Of a stretch of 29,521 nt of DNA, positions 1 through 8,789 are shown one piece after another (position 1 is the first letter of the stretch; each line of letters starts with the position of its first letter). The notes beneath the pieces were generated by a model. That model did not search any database. It had not been told where the DNA came from and saw only the letters and a program-made list of their open reading frames with translations. Made by a program: the position numbers and the translations under genes. Where the stretch lies: NCBI GenBank assembly GCA_016212275.1, contig JACRGR010000062.1, positions 1-29,521 of the forward strand, written 5' to 3'. The stretch comes from Nitrospinota bacterium (GTDB lineage Bacteria; Nitrospinota_A; UBA7883; JACRGQ01).

Positions 1-198
1 AGCACCCCCACCTGCGGCCCCTGCCTGGGCGGCCACATGGGGATACTGGCGGAAGGGGAACGCGCGCTGACCACCACCAACCGCAATTTCGTGGGGCGCA
101 TGGGGCATCGCAAGAGCGAAGTGTACCTGGCGGGCCCGGCGGTGGCCGCGGCAACCGCGATCGCGGGAAAAATATGCTCTCCGGAGGACGTGCTGTGA
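1..198 (+). CDS. leuC: 3-isopropylmalate dehydratase large subunit, C-terminal fragment (5' end lies outside the window)
   Basis: Frame-1 translation ...[55 protein letters not shown] matches the conserved LeuC/aconitase-family C-terminus. Stop TGA 196-198 overlaps the GTG of the next gene (GTGA). Confidence 0.8.
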   Translation, partial: STPTCGPCLGGHMGILAEGERALTTTNRNFVGRMGHRKSEVYLAGPAVAAATAIAGKICSPEDVL

Positions 199-698
199 GC
201 AACAAGCTGTTAAAGGGCAAGGCCCACATTTTCGGCGACAACATTGACACCGACGCGATCATCGCGGCGCGCTACCTGATAACCAGCGACCCGGCGGAAC
301 TGGCGAAGCACCTGATGGAAGACGCCGACCCGGACTTCCCGAAGAAGGTGAAGGCGGGCGACGTGATCGTTGGCCGGCGCAACTTCGGGTGCGGCAGTAG
401 CCGCGAACACGCCCCGGTGGCCATCAAGGCGGCGGGCGTGTCGTGCGTCATCGCCAAATCGTTCGCGCGCATTTTCTACCGCAACGCCTTCAACATGGGC
501 CTGCCGATATTCGAATCGGCCGAGGCCCCGGAGCGCATCGCCCCCGGCGACGAGGTGGAAGTGGACATGAACACCGGCCTGATAACCAACAGGACGAAGA
601 ACGAAACGTACCAGGCCGCGCCCATCCCGCCGTTCATGCAAAGCCTTATCGAGGCGGGCGGGCTGATGGCCTCGGTCAAAAGGAAGATGGGGTTGTAA
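195..698 (+). CDS. leuD: 3-isopropylmalate dehydratase small subunit (short type)
   Basis: [23 protein letters not shown]...[12 protein letters not shown] is the LeuD signature. GTG at 195 is preceded by GGAGGA at a 6-nt spacing and overlaps the leuC stop. The ORF track's upstream ATG at 174 is a possible alternative start. Confidence 0.85.
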   Translation: MSNKLLKGKAHIFGDNIDTDAIIAARYLITSDPAELAKHLMEDADPDFPKKVKAGDVIVGRRNFGCGSSREHAPVAIKAAGVSCVIAKSFARIFYRNAFNMGLPIFESAEAPERIAPGDEVEVDMNTGLITNRTKNETYQAAPIPPFMQSLIEAGGLMASVKRKMGL

Positions 699-1766
699 AT
701 GCCATTGATAGCGTTGTGCGCGGGCGACGGCATAGGGCCTGAAGTGGCCGCCGAAGCGGTGAAGGTGCTGAAAGCCGTTGACGCGAAGCACCGGATAGGG
801 TTCGAATTCATGGAGGCCCCCGTGGGCGGCGGCGCATACGACTTGTTCGGCACTCCCCTGCCCGCCGAAAGCCTGGCGAAAGCGAAAAAGGCGGACGCCG
901 TGTTTTTGGGCGCGGTGGGCGGCCCGAAGTGGGAAAAGCTGGACTACAGCGTGCGCCCGGAGCGCGGCCTGCTGGGCCTGCGCTCGGAGCTGGACCTGTA
1001 CGCCAACATCCGCCCGGCCAAGATGTTCACCCCGCTGATTGACGCAAGCACCCTCAAGCGCGAAGTGGTGGAAGGGATAGACATGGTGGTCATCCGCGAG
1101 CTTACCGGCGACATATACTTCGGCAAGCCGCGCGGGGTGGAGAAATACGAAGGGGGCAAGCGCGGGGTGAACACGATGGTGTACACCACCCCGGAGATAG
1201 ACCGTATCGCGCGCGTGGCGTTCGAGATCGCCCGCAAGCGGCGGAAAAAGGTCTGCTCGGTGGACAAGGCGAACGTGCTGGAATGCACCGAGCTGTGGCG
1301 CGAGGTGGTCACGGAAGTCCACAAGGAATATCAGGACGTGGAGCTTTCCCACATGTATGTGGATAACGCCGCCATGCAGATGATCCGCAACCCGCGGCAG
1401 TTCGACGTGGTGCTGACCGGCAACATCTTCGGCGACATCCTGAGCGACGAGGCCAGCATGCTCACCGGAAGCATCGGGATGCTCCCTTCCGCCTCGCTCA
1501 ACGGCAAAAAGGGGATGTACGAGCCGATTCACGGAAGCGCGCCGGACATCGCGGGCAAAGGGATAGCCAATCCCATCGCGTCCATCCTTTCGATGGCGAT
1601 GATGCTGGACTACACCTTCGACCAAAAGCAGGCCGCGCGGGAAATAGAGGACGCCGTGGCGCGCGTGCTGGACAAGGGGTTCCGCACGGCGGACATATAT
1701 TCGCCGGGGACGGCCAAAGTGGGCACCACCGAGATGGGAAACCTCATCATTAAGGAAATGCAATGA
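699..1766 (+). CDS. leuB: 3-isopropylmalate dehydrogenase
   Basis: 355 aa. [16 protein letters not shown]... N-terminus and the isocitrate/isopropylmalate dehydrogenase family motifs ([25 protein letters not shown]). Starts directly after the leuD stop. Confidence 0.93.
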   Translation: MPLIALCAGDGIGPEVAAEAVKVLKAVDAKHRIGFEFMEAPVGGGAYDLFGTPLPAESLAKAKKADAVFLGAVGGPKWEKLDYSVRPERGLLGLRSELDLYANIRPAKMFTPLIDASTLKREVVEGIDMVVIRELTGDIYFGKPRGVEKYEGGKRGVNTMVYTTPEIDRIARVAFEIARKRRKKVCSVDKANVLECTELWREVVTEVHKEYQDVELSHMYVDNAAMQMIRNPRQFDVVLTGNIFGDILSDEASMLTGSIGMLPSASLNGKKGMYEPIHGSAPDIAGKGIANPIASILSMAMMLDYTFDQKQAAREIEDAVARVLDKGFRTADIYSPGTAKVGTTEMGNLIIKEMQ

Positions 1767-2773
1767 GCCGTTCATTCAACGTGGCCGTGGCCGGGGCGAC
1801 CGGCGCGGTGGGCCATGAAATGATAAAGATACTGGAGGAACGCGCGTTCCCGGTAAAAAGCCTAAAACTCCTCGCCTCGCCCAATTCGGAGGGGAAAACG
1901 CTGGAGTTCCACGGAAAACATATCCCGGTGGAGGTCCTGCGCGAGGATTCATTCGCGGGAATCGAGATCGCGCTGTTCAGCGCGGGGGGCGACCGGAGCA
2001 AGCAGTTCGCGCCTCACGCGGCGAAGGCCGGGGCGGTGGTGATAGACAATTCATCGGCGTGGCGGATGGACCCGCAGGTGCCGCTGGTGGTTCCGGAAGT
2101 GAACGCCCACGCCATCAAGGCGCACAAGGGGATCATCGCGAACCCGAACTGCTCCACCATCCAGATGGTGGTGGCGCTCAACCCGCTCCACAAGGCGGCG
2201 AAAATAAAGCGGGTCGTGGTCTCCACCTACCAGTCGGTCTCCGGCGCGGGGCAAAAAGGGATCGACGAGCTTTCGGCGCAGATACGCTCGCTGTTCAGTT
2301 TCCAAGGAACGGAGAAAAAGGCGTTCCCGCACACGATTGCGTTCAACTGCCTGCCGCAGATAGACGTGTTCGAGCCGAGCGGCTACACCAAAGAAGAAAT
2401 GAAGATGGTGAACGAAACGCGCAAGATAATGGAAACCCCGGAAATGCCGTTAAGCGCCACCACGGTGCGCGTGCCGGTGTTCTACTGCCACAGCGAATCG
2501 GTGAACGTGGAATTTGAAAAGGACCTTTCGCCGGACGAGGCGCGGAAGATCCTGCGGAACGCCCCCGGCGTGGAAGTGGTGGACGACCCCGAAAAGGGGG
2601 AATACCCCATGGCGCTTGAAGCGGCCGGGAAGGACGCGGTTTTTGTGGGCAGAATCCGGCGCGATGATAGCGTGAAACACGGGCTGAACCTGTGGATAGT
2701 GTCGGACAACCTGCGCAAGGGAGCGGCGCTCAACGCCGTGCAGATCGCCGAAGAGCTTATCAAGCCGCTCTAG
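1763..2773 (+). CDS. asd: aspartate-semialdehyde dehydrogenase
   Basis: 336 aa. [13 protein letters not shown](P)-binding motif and the active-site region [20 protein letters not shown] overlap with the leuB stop. Confidence 0.93.
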   Translation: MSRSFNVAVAGATGAVGHEMIKILEERAFPVKSLKLLASPNSEGKTLEFHGKHIPVEVLREDSFAGIEIALFSAGGDRSKQFAPHAAKAGAVVIDNSSAWRMDPQVPLVVPEVNAHAIKAHKGIIANPNCSTIQMVVALNPLHKAAKIKRVVVSTYQSVSGAGQKGIDELSAQIRSLFSFQGTEKKAFPHTIAFNCLPQIDVFEPSGYTKEEMKMVNETRKIMETPEMPLSATTVRVPVFYCHSESVNVEFEKDLSPDEARKILRNAPGVEVVDDPEKGEYPMALEAAGKDAVFVGRIRRDDSVKHGLNLWIVSDNLRKGAALNAVQIAEELIKPL

Positions 2774-2810
2774 CAACGCTTCCCGCTTACCTCAAACGCA
2801 AATAAAAAAA

Positions 2811-2834
2811 CCCCTCTCTGGCGCGAGGGGTTTT
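2811..2834. terminator. rho-independent terminator, bidirectional (A-run / CCCCTC-loop-GAGGGG / T-run)
   Basis: aaaaaaaCCCCTCtctggcgcgaGAGGGGtttt lies immediately after asd. The A-tract on the left lets it also terminate minus-strand transcription coming from the Ehr-like operon side. Confidence 0.7.
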
Positions 2835-2884
2835 AAAGAGGAGGTTTGGAAAAAACGGGAATCTGGCGCTTCCCGCGTGTAACC

Positions 2885-3097
2885 TTAGATCATCGTTCCC
2901 ATCCTTCGCACGATCGTCCACACCTGCATGACCAGCGGCACATGCGGCAGAACCGTTCCCGCTTTCAGGCCGACCCTTATGTATCCCTTTATCGCCCGTT
3001 TGAGGCTCCGCCGCACTGGCCGCATCTCGACCAGCCGCTCCGAGCCGGGAAACTTCGGGAGTATCAGTATCGAGCTGTTTTCCGTTGGTCTCATCAT
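2885..3097 (-). CDS. hypothetical small basic protein (70 aa), candidate only
   Basis: ORF MMRPTENSSILILPKFPGSERLVEMRPVRRSLKRAIKGYIRVGLKAGTVLPHVPLVMQVWTIVRRMGTMI. AGGGA sits 4 nt upstream of the ATG. Third-codon-position GC is about 79%, which is coding-like. It lies between the Ehr-like operon and the bidirectional terminator. No recognisable family. Confidence 0.25.
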   Translation of the reverse strand: MMRPTENSSILILPKFPGSERLVEMRPVRRSLKRAIKGYIRVGLKAGTVLPHVPLVMQVWTIVRRMGTMI

Positions 3098-3545
3098 TCA
3101 ATCCCTTTTTTGCGGCGGCAAGCCTTGGTGGCATGGTCCGTTGCGCGTTTTTTCATCCGCCGAGGCAACACTTATCGGGGCCGGATGTGGTGGATCGTGC
3201 CCGGTGCCATACGCTTATACCAACGCTTGCCGCATTTTCTCCCCAAGCTTTGTTTCTAAATCAAACCGCTTGCCAGCACCCAAAGTGCCGTCGCGGAAAT
3301 CGCGGCAAACAGGTCCGCCATGATCTCCCACATGTCCAATGCTATCGTTTTCGTCTTCATGCCCAGACATAAAGCATCAGCCGTGCCACACCCCTACCCT
3401 GCTGTTTTTAAGGGTCTTACGCACCTCTATAGGCCAAATGCGGTTATAGAAAAGATAATCCCCGTATGAATTTGTAAACGTGCTTATCCTGTGTTTTTTG
3501 GCAAACCAAAGAGGACGCAGAGAAAGAAAGCCGGAAATGGGCGCT

Positions 3546-4076
3546 CTACTTCCCTATCGAGAGGCGGCGCGCGCCGACCGCTTCTAATATCCCCGAAAGC
3601 AGGACGGACGGCGAAGGGGGACAGCCGTGGATGTAAGCGTCCACCGGGATGACGTTCGCCACGCCGCCCAACGAAGCGTAACTTTTTCCGAAAATACCGC
3701 CGTTGTAGCCGCAGTCCCCCACCGCCACCACCAGCTTGGGGGGCGGCATTGCGTCATAGGTGCGTTTGAGGGCGATCGCCATATTCACGGAGACCGGGCC
3801 GGTGACCAGCAACATGTCGGCAAACCGCGGCGAGGCGGTGAACGTGATGCCGAACCGCTCGCAGTTGTAGATGGAGTTGTTCAGCGCGTGTATCTCCAAT
3901 TCGCAGGCGTTGCACGAACCGGCGTCCACCTGGCGAATCGTCAGGCTCCCGGCGAACACCCGCTTCACCGATTCCTCCAGCCGCGCCCCCACCAATTCGA
4001 TCTTCGCCTCTTCTTCCGGCGGCAAAGGCTCGGTGACGATGCCGGTGCGGAATATCTGGCGCAGTATCCTTAACAT
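3546..4076 (-). CDS. NuoB/HycG-like [4Fe-4S] small subunit of an Ehr-type (hydrogenase-related) membrane complex
   Basis: 176 aa. VDAGSCNACELEI ... NCERFGITFTASPRFADMLLVTGPV ... VGDCGYNGGIF ... VIPVDAYIHGCPPSP aligns with group-4 hydrogenase small subunits and NuoB. Four Cys are available for one FeS cluster. RBS GAGAGGAA precedes the ATG. Confidence 0.85.
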   Translation of the reverse strand: MLRILRQIFRTGIVTEPLPPEEEAKIELVGARLEESVKRVFAGSLTIRQVDAGSCNACELEIHALNNSIYNCERFGITFTASPRFADMLLVTGPVSVNMAIALKRTYDAMPPPKLVVAVGDCGYNGGIFGKSYASLGGVANVIPVDAYIHGCPPSPSVLLSGILEAVGARRLSIGK

Positions 4077-4088
4077 TTATTCCTCTCA

Positions 4089-4134
4089 TTTCGCCCGATG
4101 GGCGAAACGCGGACAGGAGTGTCCGCGCCACCAA
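4089..4134 (+). repeat. twin-hairpin REP-like repeat, copy A (intercistronic, inside the Ehr-like operon)
   Basis: tttcgccc-gat-gggcgaaa followed by cgcggaca-ggag-tgtccgcg and then ccaccaa. Near-identical copies occur at 23933-23973 (direct) and 23861-23899 (inverted). Confidence 0.6.
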
Positions 4135-4155
4135 CGGGGACCAGCATCATTCTCA

Positions 4156-5724
4156 TCACAGGTCGTTCCCCGAATAGGAATTGTTGAAACTCTTGTTCAC
4201 CAGCGGGAAATCCGGCACCATGTCCTGCTTTATGGACTGCTCCAGCGCCAGCCAGTTCACCGCCGATGGATCGCGCACCATGCACCGGTTGATGCCGCCG
4301 TCCGGCCCCGCCTGCACCCAGCAGAGTATTTCGCCGCGCCATCCTTCCACCGCGGAGAACCCCGCGCTCCCCGCCGCCGGAGCGGTCAGCGGCGCGGACG
4401 TTGCCCCTGTCGGCATTCCCGCAAGTATTTCAGCGATCAGCCGCGCGCCGTCGCGCACTTCCTCCACGCGCACCCATCCGCGGGAATGCGCGTCGCCCGA
4501 ATGCAGGACGTGCATTTTCGGCACCACCGTGTCGTACGGAGGGAAAGGATTTTGCAAACGCGCGTCCAGCCCCTGCCCGCTTGCCCGCGCCGCGATCCCC
4601 ACCACGCCGAGGTCGAACGCCGCCGATTGCGGAAAAACGCCGCTCCCGTACAGCCGGTCTTTCAGCGAGGCGTTGTCGTCGTATATCTCCATCAGCCGCT
4701 TGAATTCCGCTATCACGCCGTGGATCTCAAGGGCGATATCCTCCTTCGCCCCTTCCGCCAGGTCCACCGAAACGCCGCCCGGCACGATGGCGTCCATCAG
4801 CAACCGGTGGCCGAACAGCGTTTTGTTCATGCGGAGCATGGTTTCGCGCAAGTTCCAGAACTGGTAGTAGCCGAAGGCGAAGGCCACGTCGTTGCACAGC
4901 GCCGCAAGGTCCGCCAGGTGGTTCGCCATCCGCTCGCGCTCCAGCAAAAGCCCGCGCAACCACTGCGCGCGCGGCGGCACGGCGCACCCGGCGGCGGACT
5001 CCACCGCCATCGCATAAGCCAGCGCGTGGGCCACCGTGGTATCGCCCGAAACCCTGCCCGCCAGCTTTGCCGCGTCTTGCCACGAAAGGGACTCGAACCG
5101 TTTTTCAATGCCTTTGTGGACGTACCCCAGCCTTGCCTCCAAGTTCAGTATCTTTTCCCCCACCGCCTGAAAACGGAAATGCCCCGGCTCGATGATGCCG
5201 GCATGCACCGGCCCGACCGGGATCTCAAACACCCCTTCCCCCACGGCGGGGATCCACTGATACGTCCCTTCCACGCGGGGCATTGGCGCGGAAGCGTCGC
5301 ACGTCTTGCGCAGGGGATAGGCGTCTTGCGGCCAATCCTCGTGCTTTATCCACGGACGCGGGTCGGGATGCCCCTTAACCGTTAACCCCATCAGGCTCAT
5401 GATCTGCCGCTCGAAACGGAACGCCGCCAGATACTGGCCGGTGAGGGTGCCAAACGCGGGCTTTGCCGCGTCCAATGCCGCGGTGACGAGCAGATACTCG
5501 GTGCCAAGATTGTACGCCGCCCAAACGGCAAAGCCGTTCCCGAATGGCGTTTCATCCACGCCCCACTCGGCGGCAAGGCGCGCGCCAGCCGTTTTCATCA
5601 CCTCGGCGGAACGGACGAAATACGGGAGCGGCACCCGCAGAGCGGTGGCTCCCCCCTGCGGCAGTTCGATGATATTCGACTCGCGGAGATCGGCAACCAG
5701 CGCGCGGTGGAGTGTGTCGGTCAT
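4156..5724 (-). CDS. fused NuoC-NuoD / HycE-like large subunit lacking the NiFe-binding cysteines (Ehr-type large subunit)
   Basis: 522 aa. A NuoC-like N-terminal domain is joined to a NuoD/[NiFe]-hydrogenase-large-subunit-like domain (PVGPVHAGIIEPGHFRF, LEARLGYVHKGIEK). The N-terminal CxxC site is absent. The C-terminal site reads RCMVRDPSAVNW where hydrogenases have DPCxxCxxH. ATGA overlap with the upstream gene. Confidence 0.88.
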   Translation of the reverse strand: MTDTLHRALVADLRESNIIELPQGGATALRVPLPYFVRSAEVMKTAGARLAAEWGVDETPFGNGFAVWAAYNLGTEYLLVTAALDAAKPAFGTLTGQYLAAFRFERQIMSLMGLTVKGHPDPRPWIKHEDWPQDAYPLRKTCDASAPMPRVEGTYQWIPAVGEGVFEIPVGPVHAGIIEPGHFRFQAVGEKILNLEARLGYVHKGIEKRFESLSWQDAAKLAGRVSGDTTVAHALAYAMAVESAAGCAVPPRAQWLRGLLLERERMANHLADLAALCNDVAFAFGYYQFWNLRETMLRMNKTLFGHRLLMDAIVPGGVSVDLAEGAKEDIALEIHGVIAEFKRLMEIYDDNASLKDRLYGSGVFPQSAAFDLGVVGIAARASGQGLDARLQNPFPPYDTVVPKMHVLHSGDAHSRGWVRVEEVRDGARLIAEILAGMPTGATSAPLTAPAAGSAGFSAVEGWRGEILCWVQAGPDGGINRCMVRDPSAVNWLALEQSIKQDMVPDFPLVNKSFNNSYSGNDL

Positions 5725-7169
5725 TTCAGTATCTCCACGGCGTCCAAAAACCAGCGTTGCAGGAATTGCGGGAAATAAAGGCCCAACACCAGCACCAGCG
5801 CCATGTGCAAGAACACCGGCACATGCGCGGCGGATATTTCCTGGCGTACCTCCGGCGGATCGCCGAACACCATCGTCTGCATTTTGCGGAACAGCGCGGC
5901 AAAGGCCACTGCGATGCCAAGCATGAACAACGGGATGAGCATCGGCGCGTATTTCATGGTGGCGGTGAGGATGAGGAACTCGCTGGCGAACACGCCGAAG
6001 GGCGGCATGCCGGTGATGGCGATAACGCCGAACACCATCCCCCAGCCCACCAGCGGGTTCGCCTTTATCAGCCCCTTTATGTTCGCAATGTGCTGTGTGC
6101 CGCTGATCTGCGCGGCGTGCCCCACGGTGAAGAAGATGGAGGACTTGGTGAGGCTATGCACCAGCATGTGCAATAGGCCGCCGAACGTGGCTATCGGCCC
6201 GCCCAGCCCGAAAGCGAACGTGGCGATGCCCATGTGCTCTATGGACGAGTAGGCGAACATCCGCTTCACGTCCTTTTGCCGCAGAAGGGAGAACGAAGCC
6301 ACGATGAGGGAAAGGATGCCGAAACCCATCATGATCTCCCCCGCCCAATTGGAACCCATTGCCTTGTTCACCAGCACCTTGCACCGCACCAGCGCATACA
6401 ATGCGATGTTCAGCAAAAGGCCGGAGAGCACCGCCGATATGGGAGTGGGGCCTTCGCTGTGCGCGTCCGGGAGCCAGTTATGGAGCGGCACAAGCCCCAC
6501 CTTCGTGCCGTACCCCACCACGAAAAAGATGAAGGCCAGCGACAGGATGGTCGGTTCCAGACGGTCGCTTACCAGTATCAGGTTCGTCCACAACAGCCCT
6601 TGAGTCCCCTCCCCCACCACTTTTTCCGAGGCGAAGTAAAGGAGAATGGTGCCGAACAGCGCCAGCGCGATCCCCACGCCGCAAAGGATGAAATATTTCC
6701 ACGCGGCCTCCACGGACGACGGCGTGCGGTACAGCGACACGAGGAGCACGGTGGAAAGCGTGGCAAGCTCCATCGAGATCCACAGCACCCCCACGTTGTT
6801 GGTCAAAAGGGCCAACAGCATGGCGAAGATGAACATCTGGAACATGGCGTGGTAAAAGCGCATCCCCTTGTGCCCCACTTTGCCGTGCGCCCTCTCAAAT
6901 CGCATGTAGTTGCGGGAAAAGACGGCGGTGGTGGTGGAGACGAACGTGGTGAGCACCACCAGATAGACGTTGAAAGCGTCCACGAAGAAATAGTTGTCGG
7001 CGGCGGTCATTCCGCCTGAGTGGTACACGTCCACCGCGAGGAACAGGCTGATGACGAACGTGGCGAACGAGGCGAGAATGTTGATCTCGGCGGCTAAGCG
7101 GCGGTCGCCGATGATCGCCAGCATGACGGCGGAAAACAGCGACACCGTGAAGAGCGCGACGATGATCAT
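5721..7169 (-). CDS. NuoN/NuoM (MrpD)-like antiporter-type membrane subunit
   Basis: 483 aa from MIIVALFTV... and contains NWLPDAHSEGPTPISAVLSGLLLN. The 208-aa N-terminal extension in the ORF track is H/R/G-rich non-protein-like sequence. The ATG at 7169 overlaps the stop of the upstream gene. Confidence 0.85.
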   Translation of the reverse strand: MIIVALFTVSLFSAVMLAIIGDRRLAAEINILASFATFVISLFLAVDVYHSGGMTAADNYFFVDAFNVYLVVLTTFVSTTTAVFSRNYMRFERAHGKVGHKGMRFYHAMFQMFIFAMLLALLTNNVGVLWISMELATLSTVLLVSLYRTPSSVEAAWKYFILCGVGIALALFGTILLYFASEKVVGEGTQGLLWTNLILVSDRLEPTILSLAFIFFVVGYGTKVGLVPLHNWLPDAHSEGPTPISAVLSGLLLNIALYALVRCKVLVNKAMGSNWAGEIMMGFGILSLIVASFSLLRQKDVKRMFAYSSIEHMGIATFAFGLGGPIATFGGLLHMLVHSLTKSSIFFTVGHAAQISGTQHIANIKGLIKANPLVGWGMVFGVIAITGMPPFGVFASEFLILTATMKYAPMLIPLFMLGIAVAFAALFRKMQTMVFGDPPEVRQEISAAHVPVFLHMALVLVLGLYFPQFLQRWFLDAVEILK

Positions 7170-7837
7170 GCCCCCTCGTGCTCCTTGAGCTTTTCCATTT
7201 CCTTCAGGTCCAGGCTGTCGAACGTGGTGCGTATCTGGAAAATGAATATGCCGAATATGAACGCCGCGATGAGGATGTCCAGCGCCACGCCCAGCTCGAT
7301 GACCAGCGGCATCCCGTAGGTGGCGCTGGTGGCGGCGAAGAACAGGCCGTTCTCCAGCGCGAGGAACCCGATGATCTGCGTGACCGCCTTTTTGCGGGTG
7401 ATCATCATCAAAAAGCCGAGCAAAACCGTGGAGAGCGCCACCGCCAGCGTGGTGCGCGTGACCAGCGTGGAAAGCTCGCGGATGGGCGCCGTGAGGTGGT
7501 AGGAGAATATCACCAGCACGATGCCGATGAGCATGGTGGCCGGGATGTTCACCAGCGGCTCCACGTCGCGGTATATGTTCAGCCGGTTCACGAGGACATA
7601 GAGGATGTACGGGAGCACCACGACCTTGAGCGTGAGCGTGAGCGCGGCGGAAATGTACAGGTGGTTCATGCCCGCCGTGTATGCCACCAGCGCGGTGCTG
7701 GCGGAAAGGAACAGCCCCTGCCACGCGAATATACGCAATAGCCCGTAGATGCGCCGCTGGACCAGCAGGCCGAACGAGGTGAGCAGGATGCACGCCGCCA
7801 GCACGTTGATGATCTGAGCGGTGAACGTCATTTTCAT
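7166..7837 (-). CDS. HyfE / NuoK-like small membrane subunit
   Basis: 223 aa polytopic membrane protein with GFLALENGLFFAATSATYGMPLVIELGVALDIL, as in hydrogenase-4 component E and NuoK. A 1-nt gap separates it from the upstream NuoH-like gene. Confidence 0.8.
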   Translation of the reverse strand: MKMTFTAQIINVLAACILLTSFGLLVQRRIYGLLRIFAWQGLFLSASTALVAYTAGMNHLYISAALTLTLKVVVLPYILYVLVNRLNIYRDVEPLVNIPATMLIGIVLVIFSYHLTAPIRELSTLVTRTTLAVALSTVLLGFLMMITRKKAVTQIIGFLALENGLFFAATSATYGMPLVIELGVALDILIAAFIFGIFIFQIRTTFDSLDLKEMEKLKEHEGA

Positions 7838-7838
7838 C

Positions 7839-8789
7839 CTACATTTCCAGAATGAAATGGGAGAGCATCCCTAGAGTTGCGATAAGGAACGCGGTGCCCA
7901 AAAATTCGGGCACGCGGAAAATACGCATCTTCGCCAGCCCCGTTTCCGCCAGCACGATGCCCGCCGCCACCAGCGCCAGCTTGCCCGCCATGATGAGGAC
8001 CGCCAGCGGAATGTCCATCAGGTCGTCCCCCTGCGGTATGCCCCACGGCACGAACAGCGCCACCCCCAGGCTGGTGAAAATGAACAGCTTCATCATCCCC
8101 GCCCATTCCACCAGCGCGAGGTAGCGCCCGGAATATTCCAGTATCATCCCCTCGTGGATCATGGTCAGTTCAAGGTGCGTGACCGGGTTGTCCACCGGCA
8201 CGCGGCCCGTTTCCGCCAGCAGGGTGAGGACAAAGGCGATGGCGGCGAACACCATGGAGGGGCTAAGGAAAAAGTTCTGCTGGCCGATGAACCGCACCAT
8301 CTCGGAAAGTGAGGTGGTGTGGCCGAAAAGCGACACCGTGAAGGTGGTCATTAGCACCGCGGGTTCGGCCAGCGACGCGATCATCATCTCCCTGCTTGAA
8401 CCCATGCCGCCGAACGCCGTGCCCACATCCATCCCCGCCAGCGCGATGAAAAACCGCCCGATGGCGAATAGCGCGACCAGCGCGATAATGTCCGCCGTGG
8501 CCGACAGCGGCAGGTCCACCGATATGATCGGGATGATGGCCCCGGCCATCAGCACCGAACCGAACAACAAGTACGGCGTGAACCGGAACACCCACGAGGC
8601 GTTGTGGGCCAGCACGATGTCCTTCGAGAAAAGCTTGATGAGGTTGCGGTACGGCTGAAGCACCCCCGGCGAGGTGCGCCCCTGCGTCCAGCATTTCAGC
8701 GCCCGCACCCACCCGGCCAACAGGGGCGCGGCGAATAGCACCAGCGCGATCTGGCACGCCTCTATCAGCAGGGGAAAAGCCTCCCTCAC
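7839..8789 (-). CDS. NuoH / HycD-like membrane subunit
   Basis: 317 aa starting at a GTG that overlaps the upstream stop (GTGA). ETGRVPVDNPVTHLELTMIHEGMILEYSGRYLAL matches the NuoH/HycD E.GR.PFD..E.ESEL..G...EYSG motif. The N-terminal extension in the ORF track was rejected. Confidence 0.85.
   Translation of the reverse strand: MREAFPLLIEACQIALVLFAAPLLAGWVRALKCWTQGRTSPGVLQPYRNLIKLFSKDIVLAHNASWVFRFTPYLLFGSVLMAGAIIPIISVDLPLSATADIIALVALFAIGRFFIALAGMDVGTAFGGMGSSREMMIASLAEPAVLMTTFTVSLFGHTTSLSEMVRFIGQQNFFLSPSMVFAAIAFVLTLLAETGRVPVDNPVTHLELTMIHEGMILEYSGRYLALVEWAGMMKLFIFTSLGVALFVPWGIPQGDDLMDIPLAVLIMAGKLALVAAGIVLAETGLAKMRIFRVPEFLGTAFLIATLGMLSHFILEM

Noticed and set aside
210-1775. Long antisense ORFs opposite real genes (210-1775 minus, 3871-5385 plus, 11604-13031 minus, 13598-15175 minus, 20453-21700 plus, 27770-29254 plus and many shorter ones).
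   Set aside because: Translations are Arg/His/Gly/Pro-rich low-complexity strings with no domain signatures. They are the usual shadow ORFs of a high-GC genome lying opposite well-supported genes.
3121-3170. Possible fourth, degenerate inverted copy of the REP-like repeat (ttggtggcatggtccgttgcgcgtttttt...).
   Set aside because: Shares only ttggtggc, gtccg and cgcgttt with the consensus, and the hairpins are not preserved. Too weak to call without a genome-wide alignment.
7170-7793. 208-aa N-terminal extension of the NuoN-like ORF (track ORF 5721-7793).
   Set aside because: The extension is H/R/G-rich non-protein-like sequence in another gene's footprint. A proper ATG at 7169 overlaps the upstream stop and begins a hydrophobic membrane N-terminus.
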